A DNA stretch of 61,095 bases, filler included, from Bipalium vagum (GCA_037834085.1; 3 parts of 3 records of this genome joined end to end with filler, not necessarily neighbours in it); one strand, 5' to 3'; counted from the first letter of the whole stretch, positions 1-15,373 are shown. Program-made: numbers and translations. Notes: generated from the sequence alone by a model not told the origin.

Positions 1-1889
1 TTAATTATTAAAACAACAATTGAAATAAGATATTTTTAATATATTAGTTTGAAAAATTTTTATATTAAAAAGCGCACTAACTTAGTTGCCAACCCAATAC
101 TAAAAGTTCTTAAGAAAGTTTAGTTTTAAAATCCCTCTGCGTTTAAAATATAAGATTCTGTGTGGATAAACCAGGAAATATTTTGACATTTTAGTCTTAA
201 TAAAGCAAACTAAGAAGGCGAAAAGAATTAAATATGGCTAAAACAAGAAGTAATATTTTATGTTACTACTCTGAAATTCATAATAATTAAAAGTTAGGGC
301 TTTTAATTAAAATTGCAAAAAAAAAACTTTTTCCCCTTTAAATCTTTAGACTCTTTTTTGTTGTAATAAATAAATTTTTAAAAAAGACATTCCCAAATAT
401 AAGTACATAATCATTTTTATTATATAAATAAAAACATAATAAATAATAATAAAATTTGTTTTAATAATTGTTGAGTTTTTTCAAAGATTTCTATTAAAGT
501 GAGATTCTGTTTAATGTTTCAATTAAAATTTTACATCTACGAGTTTTTAAGTATCTATCTAGCAGACATTAAAAATTTTCTATGGGAAACATTTATTGAG
601 CTTATCCTCCTCAAAAGGTAAGAGATTAAAATGTGATATCACGCAATAAAATGAATAAATGCAAAAATAATTATCATCCTGTTGAAAAAATATGGGTTGA
701 AAATTTCTTTCATAATAATACAGTCACAGAATAAAAAGCTGTGAAAATGTCTTATTTTCTTTAAATGAAAGGGAATTTTTGCATATCATATGAAAATATT
801 TTATTATTATATTAACTTTATTACTCGAACGTATATGATGAAAATCATATATTACTATAATTTTGTCAAAGTTTAATCATTTCCTTTGCCCTCAAAAAAT
901 AATATTATTCAACTATTATTCTCCTTCATAGATTTATAGACTGTCCAACTTATATTATTATAATACATAAAATACATAATGGATAAACACAAAATTTATT
1001 TCAAAACAACAAAATTTCAATGAAAAATCTGTTCTTTTGATAATTCCCACTCTTACAAACAGTATTATAAATCCCATGAAGAAAAAATATTTTATTCTTT
1101 AACATGATAAAATCTTCATATTACTTACTCAATGTGCTCACCGGTTGAAGGTGCTTATCAGACAGTGATAAAAATTATAATGTAACGATGCTCAATAAAT
1201 ATACAAAGAGATGCGACAACACCCAGTCAGCATTTGCTATTTGTTTTGTTTCTGTTTAAAGAAATATTAAATACTGAGTTATACTCAAAGCTTTGCAGAA
1301 TATTATGTTTTTAATATCTGCTCTAATGGTTATTTCATAAAGAATACTTTTATTGGAAGTAGTACGTCGTAGATTTCTACAGTATTTGGTATCTCATATT
1401 AAGAGTACAGAGTTTTGATTTCGAGACCAATGGTGGTTGAACAGAATTTACATATGGAAATTTAGATTTTAAACAACTAAATCCTTATAAGTCTTAACTA
1501 TAAAGAATAAAGAACTGTAAATGCTACATTATATCAGTAATTTGCTTACCGCAGATGATTTACAAAATTAGAGAGAACAATCAAATTTGACAAATTATTC
1601 TTCATAAAGACCAAAGAACCGATTTCTCAACCGCTAAAAATGTAGAAACAATGACAAAGTTCATATTTACCTGACTCATTTACATTGTACCACATTATTC
1701 TTTCTGTATTCATGGAAAGGAAATTACGTGGTTGAAGCAACGATGACAGTATTCGAAATATTGGTATTTGAAATACCAATTGCAAAATGGAAAAAATCAT
1801 CAGAATCAAAAATGTAATCCATCACATTCTAAACTTTGTTGACTCTAAAGACGATTATTTTGAAAAACAAAATAAATACTTTAGTTTGG

Positions 1890-2100
1890 TTTGTTTTTTT
1901 CAAATACTTGATTCCACAAATTTGCCCAGCTACCCACCTTTCAGATAATCTGATAATTGTGTATTTGTTCTTTTCAAAAATAATAATAATTCGTTAAATA
2001 AAATAGCATCTAACTTCACAGAATATATTTAAAAATATTCTTCTAAGGAAATATCTCAGAGGATAATTGTATATACTCTAGATTTTAATTCCGTTCTTTC
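1890..2100 (-). mobile_element. Possible Merlin (IS1016/ISXO2-like) transposase relic
   Basis: Frameshifted VKLDAILF ... NKYTIIRLSERWVAGQIC resembles the Merlin VEIDES.F..RKY..GR...WVFGGIC motif. Confidence 0.4.
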
Positions 2101-2466
2101 TTGTATCATGAAAATATCTTTTGTTTTGTAAAGTCTCGTTTAGGCTAATGAATTGAAGAAATATTTCAGATATTGATTATATCATTTTATTCCTCTCAAA
2201 GGACGGACTGCATAAGTAAGAAAAAATGAAATTAAGTATTTCCACTTCACTATTACCGAACGGTTCCCAAGTTAAGCTGGGAATCTAAAAAGTAAACAGT
2301 TGCGATTCTAAGAAGAAAAGAAATTATTATTGAATGTTTTTACGTGATAATTGTAAACAAATATCATAATAATAATAATGCGTGATCTATAAAATAAAAT
2401 TGTTTTGATTTCCTTGCAAGCTAATAAAGACTTATAAATACAAAAATGAATTTATTTATTCTTTCG

Positions 2467-2513
<47 letters not shown>
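2467..2513. repeat. (ATT)n microsatellite
   Basis: Perfect trinucleotide run. Confidence 0.95.
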
Positions 2514-2514
<1 letters not shown>

Positions 2515-2699
2515 TATTCCTTTTTTTATTTTGTTATATTTCATATAATGATGATACTAAAATTTAATAATATTATTCCTAAATATTAAATTTCATTTAA
2601 AACATCAGATTCAATATAAATATATTTAAGATTCTCTTCCAAAATACACAAGCCCAATTTTGGCAAGTCTGAAGTTCTACTTTAATTACTAATTTAATT

Positions 2700-3200
2700 T
2701 ACCAACTTAATTCATTTTTTATAAAGCATCTCGGGGAATTTTCGAAGAAATAAACCATATTTAAGGGGGTGCACCATCTTGTTTAAATATAATATTCTTT
2801 AACACAATCAATATTATATCAAGCATAGATAATCTGGAATGATATTTTCATACTTTTTGAATCTTTTTTGAATTATAAACATTATATTGTATTAATGTCC
2901 TCGGTTTTTCAGAACGATATTATGCTATTACTACTTTAACAGCCGGATATACCTGAAAGATAGCTTCACTATACTCGTAAACGTTTTTGATCATCTCATT
3001 TTGACAGTAATTTTCTTATATATTTTTCACATTATAAAGTTCTTAATGAATTTGAGAGAATTGGAAAGTTTGTAAGGAATATTACTTTGTTCTGTGGAGA
3101 TTTTTGAAATTTGACTGCCTGCTATGTCCAGTTTTTGGAAGGCTTTATAATCCAAAGTTTTTGAGTTTTTAGCAAATGATCAAATGTGTACAAGGTATTC
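2700..3200 (-). mobile_element. Decayed Tc1/mariner-superfamily (DD41D-like) transposase fragment
   Basis: IIFKQDGAPP (FQQDGAPPH motif), upstream SEAIF and NIPYKL remnants; many stops. Confidence 0.6.
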
Positions 3201-3705
3201 ATTAGCCTAATGTATTAGTGTACAAGGCATACAAAAATTCTTTCTTTAATTGTCAACATTTTAAAACACTGAAATATATTTTTATTTTATTTAAAAATTA
3301 TAAAAAGTATGAAAATATTATTGTAAATAATCAGATACATTTTAGAAATTAAAAAAATTGGTACAATAAAAACCATGCGTTTAAATTATAAATTTTTCTA
3401 ATTTCTTGAAAATAATCAATCAATATTTTTTTTATTTATTTATTTTATACATGCTATTTTATCAAAGCTAAAACTTAAATGAAACACGGTGACCTTTTTA
3501 TTAAATAAATTTAAAAAGTTATATGAATTACTAATAATTATTTTTAAAATATAATATAAATGTAATAAAATATTGATAAGTATAATAAATTGTTGAAGTG
3601 GAAAGAAAATAAAATAATTTCAATATATATTATTTTTAATTGTTATTAAATAAATCAAAGAAAAAATTATTTGCTTGATAATTAATAAGTCATTAAATAA
3701 TGATA

Positions 3706-4560
3706 TTAAGTTGGTGCAAAAGTAATGCATTTTTAAAAGTAAACAAAATTTATTAATAAAATAACAAATATAGGTGTTATTTCCAAAGTATAATTCCACC
3801 AGCATTTATGACAGCGTATCATCTACAAAATTCACGGATTCCCTTGTCAAAGAACTCAGACTTCTTTGATGCAAAATAGTCAACCACCATTTTTTTTCTA
3901 CCTCACGTTGATTTTAAAAATTTTCTCCAAAACAAGTTGCTTCATCGAATGAAATAAATAATAATCGGATGGGGCCAGGTCAGGACTGTAAGGCGTATGA
4001 AGAAGTAGTTTTCACTCCAAATCCTAAATTTTTTCATGATGATGTTCGCAACATGAGGTCTCGCATCATTATGAAGAAATCGTATGACAGTTGAATCGAT
4101 CCCTTTGTCTTGAAGAGCTCGTTTAACTCTTTTTAATTGTTCACAGAAACATTGATATTCACTCTTTCGTCTTGTTTGAGCACTTAAAATGGAACAATCC
4201 TTTAGAATTCCACAACAAATAGAGCATCATTTTTTTCCAATTATTGAAGCCTTTGGGACTCTTACAGCAGACTGGTTTACTAGCAGACATTGTCTTTTGG
4301 TATGAGGATTATTGGCGTCTTATTTGGAGTCAGAATTGATTCTCAGAAACCGGATGTTTTCCATATTTTGATCAGAATTTAGCTCATAACTCCCCTAGAT
4401 TTTATTACCAGACGTCTAATTGTGTCGAATCTACCACAACAATTACTTTTTCTAAGATGCAAATGTCCTGTACTTGTGACATGGTCATATTTGCATATTT
4501 CTGCCAATTTTCATCGCGTTAATTTTGGATGTTCATCGACTAATTTCAAAAGATCATCAT
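3706..4560 (-). mobile_element. Decayed mariner (DD34D) element with one TIR
   Basis: TA|TTAAGTTGGTGCAAAAGTAAT mariner-type TIR at 3704; HNDARPHVA and HTPYSPDLAPSDY motifs on the minus strand. Confidence 0.88.
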
Positions 4561-5684
4561 ATATGTTAATATTATGTTATATATGTTTAGTGATCTTTTC
4601 CAATTGTATTTCTTTTCTATTAATTTTCATAAAATTCAATTTATGTATATTTCTCTAAAAATATTTAATTATATTATTAATTCTTTAAGAATTTTCAAAT
4701 TTTTATTAATTGTTGAATAAATATTTTTAAAATTTTAAAAAATATCTCAACATTTAATTTTTAGAAAATCAAAAATGAATTTAAATTAATATTTTACAAT
4801 GATTTTAATTAAAAATTAATAAATTTTAAATAATAAAATAAATAATAAATAATAATGAATTTTTAATTAATAAAAAATTAAATTTTAATTAAACAAGGAA
4901 AAGCTCGAAATTATTTAAGACATGTATACTGTAAGTCGGTATCTTGTTTTATTAATTATCAATAATTATAAAAGTCAAAGCGGAAATTGATAAATAATGT
5001 TTTTGAGATATGTACAATATATTCGGAAAGATTTATTTCAAGTTTTTGATGAACCTAGCATTTTATCCATTAAAAAATTTTCTAATTGATTTTTCACATG
5101 TGGGAATTAAATTTTAATTAAATATATTGAAAATTGTTATTATCAATACAAGATTATCACAATCAATTTATTTATTTATTATCATATCAAAGGATTTCAG
5201 ATTTTCTCTTGCATATTAGAAAAACAATAAAAGAGAAAATGTAAAACAGGCAATAAACTGCAATGAGAAATGTGTAAAATATGAACATTATTATTATTAT
5301 TAATTCAGAATCCATAATTCAATTGAATTTCCTTCTTAAGTGAATTGGAAAATAAAAATGAAAATTATATAAATTAATTTTAAATAATTTTAAGTAGTCT
5401 TTTTCCTGGAAAAACGAATTGTCACTTTAATTTATAAAATAAAAGATTAGCTTCTGTCTCGCATTTTAAGAAATTGAAAAAAATTGAAATTTATTATTAT
5501 CAGAAAGAATAGAAATTCCTTTAAAAATTGATATTGATAATTGTTATGAAAAAAAATCCAATAGCTCATTTTGAGAATCAGCCCTTTTCCAATATTAAAT
5601 TTGCAAAATAAATAATTAAATAATGAGGACTGATGAAACACTGCTAAATAAGTTGAAATGTGTTTCATGAAAAAATGAAAGATT

Positions 5685-6390
5685 AGAGTAGTATGCAAAA
5701 GTTTAAGGCACCTTAAAATTATCATCATAAATTAAGTAATTATCATTTTGTATCAGTTACAAAATTCTACGGTTTGTATAAGTAAACTAATTGATTTATT
5801 TATTAATATTGATCAAACATAACTTAACATATCTGAAATTTTAGTTTACTATTTTTGACACTAAGAAACTATTAGAAACATATGGGGAAAAATCCTTCGC
5901 TGACTCCGACAATTAGATCACAAGTTTTATAGCTTAGCAGAAGAGTATAATCAGATGGACATATCAAGAAGATTACATGTAACAAGATGTACAGCGCAGA
6001 ATGTGTTACGCAAGTATAATGACACGGGCAGCTATCATGGAAATTCTCCAGGCCTAAGTATCTTAGAAAACATATGGAAAAATTGAGGAAATTGTTTCCC
6101 AATGAAAGCCAGACAACCGTCAGCAACTAGGAGATGTAATCAAGTCCGTTTTCCGTACAGAAATAAACGGCAGTCTCTGTGCAACGTATGTGAATTCAAT
6201 GCCGAATCGTCTGAGAGCCGTTATTACTGCCCATAAAGGATCAACAAAATATTAATTTGACTCAAATATGATATTTTTGTTTTGTAAAAAATTTCCATTG
6301 TTCTTTAAATTGATTATATTTATCCAATTAAATAAAACTTATAAGATAATTAAAATTTCTTAAGATGCCTTAAACTTTTGCACATCACCG
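5685..6390 (+). mobile_element. Internally deleted Tc1-like element with both TIRs
   Basis: Inverted repeats TGCAAAAGTTTAAGGCA (5694) and TGCCTTAAACTTTTGCA (6366); N-terminal MGKNPSLTPTIRSQV and C-terminal YVNSMPNRLRAVITAHKGSTKY* remnants. Confidence 0.85.
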
Positions 6391-9195
6391 TATATTATTT
6401 TAAGATGTTAAAAAGATAGTTTTATTAAAAAGGAATTATATTTAGCCGAATTTGGATTGTTTATTTGATCTATTCTGTTGAAAATAATTTTAAAAATTAT
6501 AAATGTTAAAAAGAAAGTAATTCTTGGACAGTTTACGGAAGACAGTTATCTGAATAAATATTGCTTCAAAATGTTGTAATGCTTATGTCACAAAATTGCT
6601 TATATAAACATTGAACTAAACAAGAAAAATAAATAAATCATTTTAAAAAATTGAAACCAGAAAAGTTTAATTTCGATATTTAAATAACTGAAAACTCCAA
6701 AGTGCAATTTTATAATTGTACTTCAATTAATTGTTCTACCACATTTCTATTTAAGTAATATTACTCTAAAACAAGATTAATATAATAGTTACTCAATAAT
6801 CAGCTTTAAAACAAAACAATTATATTAGTACACATATTAACAATTAATAACTATTAGGTACATTATATATATATATATATATACCAAAAATTGGTTTGAT
6901 GTAACTTTTTGTAAACAGACAAGAACTCTTCATTTTCTAATTGACTATCTTTCACTGACATTCCACTTTTGTCAAGATTACATTTAACAAGGTCAGATTT
7001 GTAGAAGTAACACAAGTATGCTTTCAGATAAAGATCTGAAATATTGGTATCATTAATATTTTTTTCATAGGTTTTTTTAGGTTAAACTCAAAACATATTT
7101 TAAAATATAAATCAAAAAATTTTTTATAGAAATACAGTTTTGTTTCAGACTTTTCACTGCTTTTTCAGGTTAGTTGAAATTATTTGAAAAATCCATTTCA
7201 GGGTTTTAAAAATTAGAAAAATCTTACGAGAGAATTTTTTCAATTTTCTAAAGATTACAAAATAATTTCAGTCAGAAAGAGGTACAAGTATAAAACTCTA
7301 CCTCTGATAAATCAAGATGATTGTAAATATTCTAGACAAACTTTCAATTTTTATCAACCTTACACAAAAAACCGTGTGATTTTGTACTGGATTCTCAAAA
7401 TAATTCTATTTTTTTTCCTGGACAATTTATCTAAGAATTGATTTTTTAATTTTATGGAAAGAACTCGTAATATATAACTTTTTAATCCAATCACAAGATA
7501 AAATGATTTTATTTTTTTATTAAATTTACGGATTTACTTAGTTTGTTTCAAGATCTGCTTAAATTTCTGTCATTACAAAAGAATCATATTTGATCAATTG
7601 TCGTTAATGTTGCAGTTTACGTTCGTTAACTCATAATGTTAGATTTAAATTTCTGTGAACTACTGATGATTCAATACCGTTTCTTGCACAAAGGAGACTA
7701 ATTATGAACAGTTAGTAATTACGGTAGAACAAAAATAACGTTTGAAGTCATACATTTTTACTTAAACTTATAGATTTAAAAATATTGTATTTCAATGCAA
7801 ATGAAAGAAATTATAAGTAATTAACATTAATGACACCAATACAAACAAATTATTTCTCATTTCAAAAATAATTTTTGCTGAAAGTCTTAGCTGAAATAAT
7901 ATTTTTATTAAATAATTTTTATGAATTTTCTTTGAAAATAAACTAACGAATTTAAAATTACACAAAAATTTTTTTAGAGATTCGAAATTAAAGTAATTTA
8001 TTTTAAAAAATATATAATGAATCAATTATTCAACACTTTCTCATTAACTATAATGAGATATAGAATGAATGATAAAGAACACAATTAAAAATTTCGAAAA
8101 TACATAAAATAAAAAGAATTTTTTTACAGAAAATATATTTTTTCAAGCTTCAATAAATATTTTTAACACAAGATTGAGTTTTATAAAAAAAATGTAACAA
8201 AAAAAATATTATTATTTGATACGTGTTTCGAAAGCGGTATAGTTTAACTCTGCAAAACGTAATGGTAATATATATATAATATATTTACTTAATAAATATT
8301 TAATAACAATTTAATGAAATTCTAATGATCCAAACGTGTTTGGAGTCGTTTTCAATTCTAAAAATATTATTAAAAATTGATTTGATAATAATTCATTGAT
8401 TTTTAAACATTTAATGAAGACGTCAAGAAAAATTCTGTATTATTAAATGTCTGGTAATTACTTGTTCAAATATTATTAAAATATTATAACGGAATCCGAA
8501 AGACAAAAATTTTTATTAAAGACAAAATAAAATAGTCAGTGTGTTATGCCTGTAAAATTAAATTGTTTTCATTGATAATTTTTATAATATTGGAATAAGA
8601 AAAAGCATGGCCAAAAATGAACTCATTTAATTATCAAATTTGTTAATATTTGTACCGTTGTAATTTCTCCATGTACAGCAGGCAAGCCCTTAAACAGTTT
8701 AACAAATTTTAAGTCTCGAATGGAGATTACACCTCCATAATTTTAAATTTTGTGTTGTTATAAACATTTCATTTCTTATCTAAAAGCTCTGACATATTTT
8801 TTGAAAAATTAAAAAGTTTTGTAGAGCACAAAATGATTTTCAAATAAATTGTTTTCTATTAGAATAATAAAATAAATTAAAAATTATGTTAACCAAAGTT
8901 TTATTGATAATTAATTTGTTAATTTGTGTTCATTGATTTAAATAAAGTTTAATAAAAATTTTGAGTTTTCTTGAAAATTTCTAAATTTTTTTATTTAAAA
9001 AATAACATTAATTTTAATGACCGCAAGAAGCATGATTTATTTTCAGCAGTGAATTATAATGCATCAAATGATTTCCGGTTAGTTTAGGTAAGAAAAAATA
9101 GAATTCAGATCATTTTGAATTATACTATAAAATATTTTAATAGAAGAATATTACTCAGTCATCCATAAACATTGAAAAAATATATTATTATCTGG

Positions 9196-9292
9196 AATAA
9201 TAATATTAATAATAATATTAATAATAATAATATTAATAATTATTATTTTTATAATTATAATTATAATCATAATAATAATAATAATAATAATA
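9196..9292. repeat. Imperfect (AAT)n microsatellite
   Basis: AATAATAATATT units followed by an (AAT)n run. Confidence 0.85.
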
Positions 9293-10339
9293 AATGAAGA
9301 TTAATTACCAGTACATAAAATATAAATAGAAAATAATTAAAAATTTTACTTTTAAAATTATTAAAGCTTATGTTTTCTTTTAATCATATTTTAAGTTTTT
9401 ATAACGCGTTTTCTGAATTTATTCAAGTTAATAATGTGAATTTTTCATTTTTCGTTTCTGAAAGATAATCAATTTTTCAATTATTTAAAAATATTTTAAT
9501 TACAAAATTATTATTTTCACATTCAATATTTAACTAATCGAAACAGTTATTTAAAGACAAATAACTTATTTCATAAGAAAATTTAACTTGCAATTCTTTT
9601 ATATAGAATTTTATAAAAAAAATATTATTTTCTCAAAAAATGGCTTGTTTAAAAACATGAAATATAAAATATAAAAATTTATAAAATGAGTTTTTAAAGA
9701 TAATAAAGATAATATTAGATTATTAACATCAATAATTTCGGCTCTTTCTTGACATTCTCATTTCCTAAATCACAGCAGGTTTAATAATGAAAATAAACAT
9801 TGTATCAGTAAAATTATCAAAAAAATAAATAAATTGGAAAATATTATTCATAAGATTTATGATATATTAAATTGAATTATCACAGTTTATGTAACAAATA
9901 ATCAATACCGGAAACGGTAAGTTAATAATTATAACTATCAGGAAATACTTTCAAAATAATAAAACTTTAAAGATTTGAATTAATTTACTTTACGCATGTA
10001 CTGAATTTTTTAAAACTTAAAAATAAAAATTATATTTAATAATGAATTTACAAAATATAATTTCCATCATTATATTCATGTGATTCTTCGATCATGAATT
10101 AGGATTTGCATAACAAAAGTATTTATATTTTTAATGGGTTTATTTTGATTGAACTGTCGCACTTTCTCACGATTTTCCGATAACTAGGAGATGTTACCGG
10201 GTGTACATACTTGACATGTCAAATTTCAACCATTTTAAATTTAAATTTGGAGGATCAATATCAACAATGTGATATTACATAACTAGAATATAGGCTGCAT
10301 GAAAAGTGATGAAAATGAAATAATCTGATTTTTTATAAA

Positions 10340-10770
10340 TATTGCTTATATTATTGAAGATAGTCTCCCAGTAAATCAACACAATTAGTCCAGCTCTTTT
10401 TCAATAATTATATAAACTATTTGAAATTGGATTCCGGAAAGTCTTCAAAAATGGTCTTCGTTTACCATAGCTTCTTAGTTTGAAGAAAAACATTTCCTTC
10501 GGAAAAATTATGTCTGAATCTGGTGAATAATGATTGTTCAACCAAATAATAATTTAATCGCTACTAACAAAACACTTAAGTAAACATCTGCTTTTTCTTG
10601 ATTATAAATGATTTGTTCTTCTGTAAACCAGCTCTAAAGCCCGTGGTTGGACAGTAGATATAAAGATCCTTTTAATACCTTCGCCATTTGAATTTCAGAA
10701 GCATTTAATCCTTCCAGAGTAAGAAATTAATTAGTGGCCGATACTCAAATGTTTTCTTACTAAAGATAAT
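10340..10770 (-). mobile_element. Internally deleted mariner relic
   Basis: N-terminal EYRPLINF/LEGLNASEI and C-terminal HYSPD...WTNCVDLLGDYLQ* remnants. Confidence 0.65.
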
Positions 10771-11459
10771 AAATAACAAATCAAATTGAAACATATGCTA
10801 AGTAATTATAAAGTGGTTGATTCAAGCAAAATTTTAAATATATTATATTGAAAAATGGTATATTAAGATATCAGAAATATTTGTTATTACACTGTTTTAT
10901 AGGTATTACTCTCATACCATTTTTACAAAATCTTTAGTACGATATTAATGAACTGTAATAAATATTACCATATTTTTCAAGTTATTTATATGATCTTTAC
11001 AATTTTTAAAATTTTTTAACAACTAATTATTTTTTTTTATTTTACAGTTTTTGTAACTCTGATGACACAACCTAAGTGACTGAGCAATATCAGAAAATTA
11101 CTGTTCAATTTATTTGTAAAAAAACAGTAATTGTATTAACTATAATAAAACCTTTCAGTTTTATTTTGTTTTAATTTCAATTGTATTATTATGTTTCGGA
11201 GTTTATATATATAAATAATATTTATTTTTATAATATTATATTTATATTTATGTAATATTTACTATCTATCATATTTCGTATTAATTAATTATATTTTCAT
11301 TTATTTATATTAGTTTCCTTAACTGTGTTTATTTTTAATGTAAACAAATGCCTAATGGTTTGAAATTTTGATATATTAGATAACGAAGAAAGTTAGTGCT
11401 GATTTTTTATGACTATATTAAAAATCAAATAAAAACTAATAAATGAACCTAAATTATAT

Positions 11460-12230
11460 TTTATTCATTTAGATAATCAGCATCACAATTAATAGCACTT
11501 TTCCACCCAGAAACAAATTTATAAGTACCATCTTTATAACATTTTGTCTTTTGAGGCGAAAAAAATTTGCTAATTTCCACTCCAATTTTTTTCTATTTTT
11601 TGAAATATTTGTTTCGAAAAATAGAAGATAGTCTGTAGGAAAAATTTCATGGAAATCTAGTGGATATACCAGAATTCCACAGTGTAATGCTTCAGTGCTT
11701 TCCTCTCGATTGGATTTTGCAATAAGCGGTCTTGAAATATCGTGTATCAATATCACTTTAAGTCTATTGGATTATACCTGTTTTTCGCTGAAGCATCAAA
11801 TCTTTTACTTTATCAATTTGCTTTACACACAAACCAACATTGACAGTTTTAGTGAACCAATCTGGGGATGTACGATTTAAAATGCAATGTCTTTACCGTT
11901 TTTAAAACTGTCTCATGTAAATCGCTACATTCATTGGACAGCCGTTTAAGAGATGTCTTGGATTTTTCCTGCAACAGCTTATTTCATCAAATATTTTCCA
12001 ACTCTTCTTAGTTGATGTCTACTTTTTGTTGCATCCATGACAATGTCAGTTTTGACGAATTTTTTAAATATTGCGTTGATCGTTGTCTACTTGGTAAATT
12101 AGTATTTATTTCTGGCTTCAAATCAGACCTAAATACTGGTCAGCCACAACGAAGCATCATTGAAACTTTTGAAAAGGACATAATTTGTTATCGAATCGCA
12201 TATAATTTATTTAAGACGTTAAGTGGTCGT
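11460..12230 (-). mobile_element. Decayed DD41D-like Tc1/mariner transposase (N-terminal half)
   Basis: TINAIFKKFVKTDIVMDATKSR and KTSLKRLSNECSDLHETVLKTVKTLHFKSYIPRLVH remnants of the paired HTH domains. Confidence 0.6.
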
Positions 12231-12289
12231 AAATTTGACAATAGAAATTAGCCAAAGGAGGGTCAACCCTCACTCATTGAGGAATACAT

Positions 12290-12450
12290 TTTGTGTTCCT
12301 GTGTCGAAGAAGATCCCCTTCAAACCTAATGGTCGCTTCAGTACCACAAATTCAGACCTAACCCCTCTTTGGTCCACACTAGAATACCGCCTGTATCTCT
12401 GCATGAGTTGGAACTCATTTTCAGTAGGCCGGTTTAAATTAGAAATGATT
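12290..12450 (+). mobile_element. Tc1/mariner-superfamily catalytic-domain fragment
   Basis: NSDLTPLWSTLEYRLY resembles SPDLTPLDF.LWG.LK..VY. Confidence 0.45.
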
Positions 12451-12736
12451 AAGAATTATTCATATCTAGAATATTATGCCAACCATGGAATCATTTTTTA
12501 TGTTACTTATGTAGCTTATCTTTATTTTGAACTCCTAAATAATTTTTATGTTACTCAGTATAATTTTTTATTCAAGATTATTAGCTATTTTATAATTTTA
12601 AAACAATAAACAGGCTACATTTAAATTTAACAAAAATTACATATGTGGTAAGGCTAAAACGTACTTAGACTCAACCAGAAATAATAAAGATAACTGAAAA
12701 ATTTTTTTATTAACAATACATATACATGTATATGTC

Positions 12737-12960
12737 TCATTTCTCGACATAACCGAAGTTTAAATTGTGCATTTATTCCACCGGTCGATCATTTCATTAA
12801 AGCCCATTTCAAAGAAATTTCTGCACTTTTGGCCAGTTGTAAAATCGCGGATTAAGCTATAGATGGTCACCTTTCATTGGGCAATTTCACCATATACAAT
12901 TTTCTGCTTGATAGATCCCTTCAGTAGTAAAAACCGGATCACACTTCGATCATAAGTAGT
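12737..12960 (-). mobile_element. Tiny internally deleted mariner (N- and C-terminal coding remnants juxtaposed)
   Basis: RSVIRFLLLKG...VYGE followed within ~100 nt by FFEMGFNEMIDRWNKC...GYVEK*. Confidence 0.7.
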
Positions 12961-14449
12961 GGAAACAAAAATTAAAATATTTAAACAAATATATTTGGTG
13001 CCTATATCTGATTATTATTTATAAATAAATTTATATAAATATATTCATTATTTCTAGTAGAGTCTAAGTACTTCTTAGTCTTGCCACGTATTTAGAGGTA
13101 TAGAAGCATTCTTTCATTTGATATACTTCGATAAATATTTTTTTTCTACAATCCAATAAAAATAAAAAAAACACTAAAACCACTCAATTAATCTAAAACT
13201 TTTCAAAACAATGATAAATTGTCTAACATCATAAAAATTATATTTGTTGTAAATCTTAATTAAATATTCTTCATAACAAGTTACAGAATAAAACAATTAA
13301 CCACTTTAAACTATTTACATTTAATTTCACAAAAAATTAAAAACCAAAAAAAATATTCTCACTAAAACTAAATAATGATGCTTTCTCGTTTCAAACCAGT
13401 TAAATGTATCAAATACAAAAGTTATTTGAGTTATTATTAATTAATTAGTTTTTTATTGATTAAATAATTCTAAAGAAATTAATAAATCAAAATCATTCAT
13501 AATAATTGATTATAAAAAATTTTTAATAACTCATTTTTCTTTAATTATTAATTGTTTTAGTAAGAACTGTTAGTAAAATTAACTTTCCACTGGTAAACAG
13601 ATTCTTTTTAATTTTGATTTTAAAATTATAAATGTGTTTAAAATAACTTTTAAAAAAAATTGATTAATTAACAATATTAATTCACAACTATCAATTATTT
13701 AACAATTCGTTTTACGAAATCATTTTCCAAAGCAAATAAAATTATTTTTTTTATTTTAGATTAATCCAGTTATTGATTAAATATGAAACATTTTATTTTA
13801 AAAATTTTTATTCTCATTGATTTTAAAATTAATAAAAATAAAAATAACTTTGACTTAATGCAATGTATTTTTTTAAAAATATAAGAAAAAGAAAATTTTA
13901 TTAGTCTTAATTTTACGACATCTGTTTCACTTTTTAATAATTTTCAACTTAAAATTATTATGAAATTGGCAACATTTTTCTCTTTCTGGCTTAAGTAAAT
14001 GAAAATCTCAGATCAAATATTTAAAATATCTTATGTTACCATTGATAAAAGCTTTTAATAATAAGAATTTATTAATGTTAATTTTTTATTAAAACTAATA
14101 CGTAAAATATTTTTATTGGAAAAATTATTTTTAAAAACTCCAAATGGAATGGTGTAAAGTGATCATTGTTTAAAATAAATATTTTAATCAATAGAGAAGA
14201 AATTTCGACAATTCAAAATTATAATTTTAAAAATTTACAAAATAATAAATTATAGTCATAATAGATGTATATCGCATGGCTATAGTGATGGCCATGTTTT
14301 CTTCATGAAATGTCGTGCGGAATTATTGGAATTATTGTGCGATATTTCAAAAATATTTTTCTTACAATTATAACTCATTTTTATTTACATCACAAATTAA
14401 TTATAAAAGAAAATTACGAAAACTATTAGTATACTTAATGCGTTAATAT

Positions 14450-14856
14450 TACACCTTTCGACCATAAGTTGAAGAGTTGTACTTTAACTTACTGTTATTA
14501 TATATCTTCCAAATGCTGATCAGTCAAACACGAGCGTTTCTTGCATTTATTATTATTTAAAATATGCAAATGAATGTCTTAATTTTAGAAAACCATCAAC
14601 TGAATACGAAAAAATGAGAAATAAGTCATATTTATGTAGAAGCACCTAGGAAATCACAAAGAACGGCTGCGCATAGAATATCACTAGAAATGTATCCAAA
14701 TTTTATGAATGACTTTTATAATGTTTTGCATGAATGTATAAAAAGTTAATGATCATTCTGTCAAAAAAATTAATTGTAATAAATAATATTATAAAAAATT
14801 TACATTTTTATGTTGAGTATATTTGATGTTATTATATTTACTTTATTAACACCCTG
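14450..14856 (+). mobile_element. Highly decayed CAGGGTG-terminated Tc1/mariner-superfamily element
   Basis: Terminus ttaacACCCTG|TA similar to the termini at 46687 and 54770; PRKSQRTAA remnant. Left boundary uncertain. Confidence 0.4.
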
Positions 14857-15373
14857 TATATATGTGTGTAAGTGTATTTATGTATAATTAAAATATATAA
14901 AAACAAAAAATATTGTAAAAGATAAATTAAATAATATTATTATTATTAATGAATTAATGAATATTATTAATTATTATTATTATTAAATATGAATGAATTT
15001 GATATCAAGAGTGTAGATTTCCTTTATTTTATAATTTTGAACAAGGAGTATGATTTCTTTTCATAATTAAAAGTTTTAAAAGAAAATTTAAAATATTAAA
15101 TAAAAATGTGCAATAATTTTTTGCGATACGATTACTAAAAATAGTAACGAATTTTTGAAGGATACTTACTAAAAACAGTAAAATATGTTGCTAAAATGAG
15201 ACTCAAAAATACGTTATTCCTAAAAAAAGAAGCCAATAAAATTACTTTAAAACGAAAACGAAATAATAATCCTAAACATTCGAGACAATTTCTCCTGTGA
15301 AAAAAAAATATCAAAATTATAAGAAAGAAGATAACACATCGAAATATCTTATTGCTGAAAATCCGAATGTAAT

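Noticed and set aside
1549-2284. Apparent minus-strand spliced gene with phase-consistent GT-AG introns and repeated in-frame TGA/TAA/TAG, suggesting stop-codon recoding or RNA editing
   Set aside because: All three stop types occur, the product has no recognisable family, and the same bases are better explained by Merlin-like and Tc1-like relics. The reticulon and nAChR exons use TGG for Trp and reticulon ends at a normal TAA.
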